A DNA stretch of 64,000 nucleotides from Gemmatimonadota bacterium (GTDB taxonomy: Bacteria > Gemmatimonadota > Gemmatimonadetes > Longimicrobiales > RSA9). The translations under genes were made by a program, and so were the position numbers. How positions within the stretch are numbered: the stretch's first letter is position 1; each line of letters begins with the position of its first letter. The stretch is from positions 13,959 through 77,958 of the forward strand of contig JBBDRO010000103.1 of the NCBI GenBank assembly GCA_040905425.1, in the 5' to 3' direction. This document shows, piece by piece, positions 62,877 through 64,000 of the stretch. The notes under the pieces were generated by a model. It worked only from the letters and a program-made list of their open reading frames with translations. It was not told the DNA's origin and did no database searches.

Positions 62877-64000
62877 CAGCGGACCTCGAACTCGACGGTG
62901 TACGGATGGATGTCCAGCATCCACTCGTTCATGGCTCGCTCCATCTCCTCCGTGGCGCCCACGAACTTCATGAAGTAGATGGGCTCGGCGCGGCTGCGAA
63001 GGCGCACCGCCAGCCGGTAGGTACCGGGCCTGGTGAGCAGGTCGCCCGGAACGGTGTACGTTGCGTCACGACTGGAAAGCGGCGGCAGCGAGCGGCTCTC
63101 CATGCGCACGCCCGGCGGATGGTTCAGCACCGAAACCGGTTGGCCCGCCGGGCGGATGAACGGGAGCTGATCCACGTCCAGGTTGATGGGCAGATACATC
63201 TCGCGGTCGGTACCCTTGACGTTCTGGGTGAGGAACTTCGTCTGCAGATTGAAGAGCTGGTCGTCGTGCGGGATACGGCCCGCCAGCACGTCCAGGGAAT
63301 GCAGGTCCGCCATGTCGCCGTTGCTGTCCAGGTAACCCGACTCCCAGATCCGCTGTCCGTCAGGGTCGATTAGCGCCACATTCAGCCACAGTTCCGGCTG
63401 CGCGCCCAGGGAGCCGGAGGGAAGGTTGTGCCCCGAGTTGGTGTTGGTAAGCGTGTAATGGAACTTCAGCGCCCCCCCGCGCCGGGGGTCACCGCTGAAG
63501 AACGGTCCGTCCAGCTTCGAACCGTTCTCCATCACCTGCCGGCGCAGTTCCCGCTTTTCCTCCAGCTTGGCCAGGTTCTGCTGGACGATGTCGCGGGCCT
63601 CGTAGCGGTCGTCCGGCTCGGCCCACATCTCGGGGAAGTTCACCTGCACCTGCCCGCCGGCCAGTCGGTCCTCGAACGCGTCCGTACCCCATCCCGCACG
63701 GAAATCGAAGCGCAGCCACTCGTCGATGGTCCAGCGCTCCGCGGCCGGATTGTGGGGAAAGACACCCGGATGCGCGCTGGCGTAACCGGGCCCGTAGAAG
63801 GTGTGGTTCGTGTGCTTCCGGGTCGGGTTGATGGGGACCCCCGCAAGCACCGCCGACGGCGCAGTCGCGTAGCCGTCCGGCTGCCCCGGCGTCTGGCCCA
63901 TGTGGCAGTCCTGGCAAGAGATCCCCGCGTCGGCGGCAGGGGAGGCCCGGTACTGGTCCCAGACCACCTCCAGCTTGATGCCGGGGTGCACTGCTACCTG
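62876..64000 (-). CDS. multiheme-cytochrome family protein, 5' end outside the window (C-terminal 374 aa seen)
   Basis: The frame stays open to the window edge; the listed GTG 63991 is not a real start. One CxxCH is visible (ISCQDCHMG). A large heme-free C-terminal domain follows (TNTNSGHNLPSGSLGAQPELWLNVALIDPDGQRIWESGY...). Confidence 0.7.
   Translation of the reverse strand, partial: QVAVHPGIKLEVVWDQYRASPAADAGISCQDCHMGQTPGQPDGYATAPSAVLAGVPINPTRKHTNHTFYGPGYASAHPGVFPHNPAAERWTIDEWLRFDFRAGWGTDAFEDRLAGGQVQVNFPEMWAEPDDRYEARDIVQQNLAKLEEKRELRRQVMENGSKLDGPFFSGDPRRGGALKFHYTLTNTNSGHNLPSGSLGAQPELWLNVALIDPDGQRIWESGYLDSNGDMADLHSLDVLAGRIPHDDQLFNLQTKFLTQNVKGTDREMYLPINLDVDQLPFIRPAGQPVSVLNHPPGVRMESRSLPPLSSRDATYTVPGDLLTRPGTYRLAVRLRSRAEPIYFMKFVGATEEMERAMNEWMLDIHPYTVEFEVR

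Noticed and set aside
1-64000. Search for tRNA, rRNA, CRISPR arrays, integrases or att-type direct repeats
   Set aside because: I saw no T-loop (GGTTCGAAT-type) or cloverleaf candidates in intergenic regions. I saw no regularly spaced repeats and no rRNA-like conserved blocks. The manual scan is not exhaustive, so tRNAscan-SE, Infernal and a CRISPR finder should confirm the absence.

Overview
This is a 64-kb, very high-G+C bacterial chromosomal window. The gene content (DUF5916/CBM9-like, BNR/sortilin-like, NHL-like beta-propeller and M1 peptidase proteins) suggests a Gemmatimonadota-like organism, but I cannot verify taxonomy without a search. I saw no rRNA, tRNA or CRISPR array.

Bases 1-40.5 kb look like ordinary core genome:
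- ispH, an M42 peptidase and kynB
- glcDEF glycolate oxidase, then M20 peptidase and GNAT genes
- a GAF-GGDEF diguanylate cyclase and a PLP-dependent decarboxylase
- dacB, PAP2 and patatin genes
- a sufCBD-Rieske-sufS operon with a Fur-box-like operator
- a HupE / M1 peptidase / DUF6702-like / M19 dipeptidase cluster
- an MFS transporter

From about 40.5 kb the character changes. By eye the G+C drops in a signalling island at 40.5-51.9 kb. It holds a frameshifted, motif-degenerate Ser/Thr kinase coupled to an intact PP2C phosphatase, a degenerate FHA gene and a truncated transposase remnant. It also holds an intact Ser/Thr kinase with an extracytoplasmic DUF4384-like domain, a secreted caspase (C14)-Big_2-TolB-propeller protein, a secreted beta-rich protein and a class III adenylate cyclase-FHA fusion.

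Convergent with the cyclase is the most interesting object, a tightly packed minus-strand operon of at least 8 genes (51,892 to beyond 64,000). Reading 5' to 3' it encodes:
- a multiheme cytochrome, cut by the window edge
- an outer-membrane porin-like barrel
- an octaheme cytochrome
- a tandem cNMP-binding domain fused to a 4x[4Fe-4S] ferredoxin
- a membrane protein with two His-N13-His pairs, which could ligate two b hemes
- a membrane-anchored decaheme cytochrome
- a tandem-FHA protein
- an FAD/NAD(P) oxidoreductase-FHA-FHA-2Fe-2S fusion

I interpret this as a candidate cytoplasm-to-cell-surface porin-cytochrome electron conduit. Its cytoplasmic entry modules appear wired to cAMP and phospho-threonine (Ser/Thr kinase/PP2C/FHA) signalling. 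I know of no characterised system with this combination.

All calls rest on reading the supplied translations and the DNA by eye. Start codons are approximate, and family names need HMM or BLAST confirmation.
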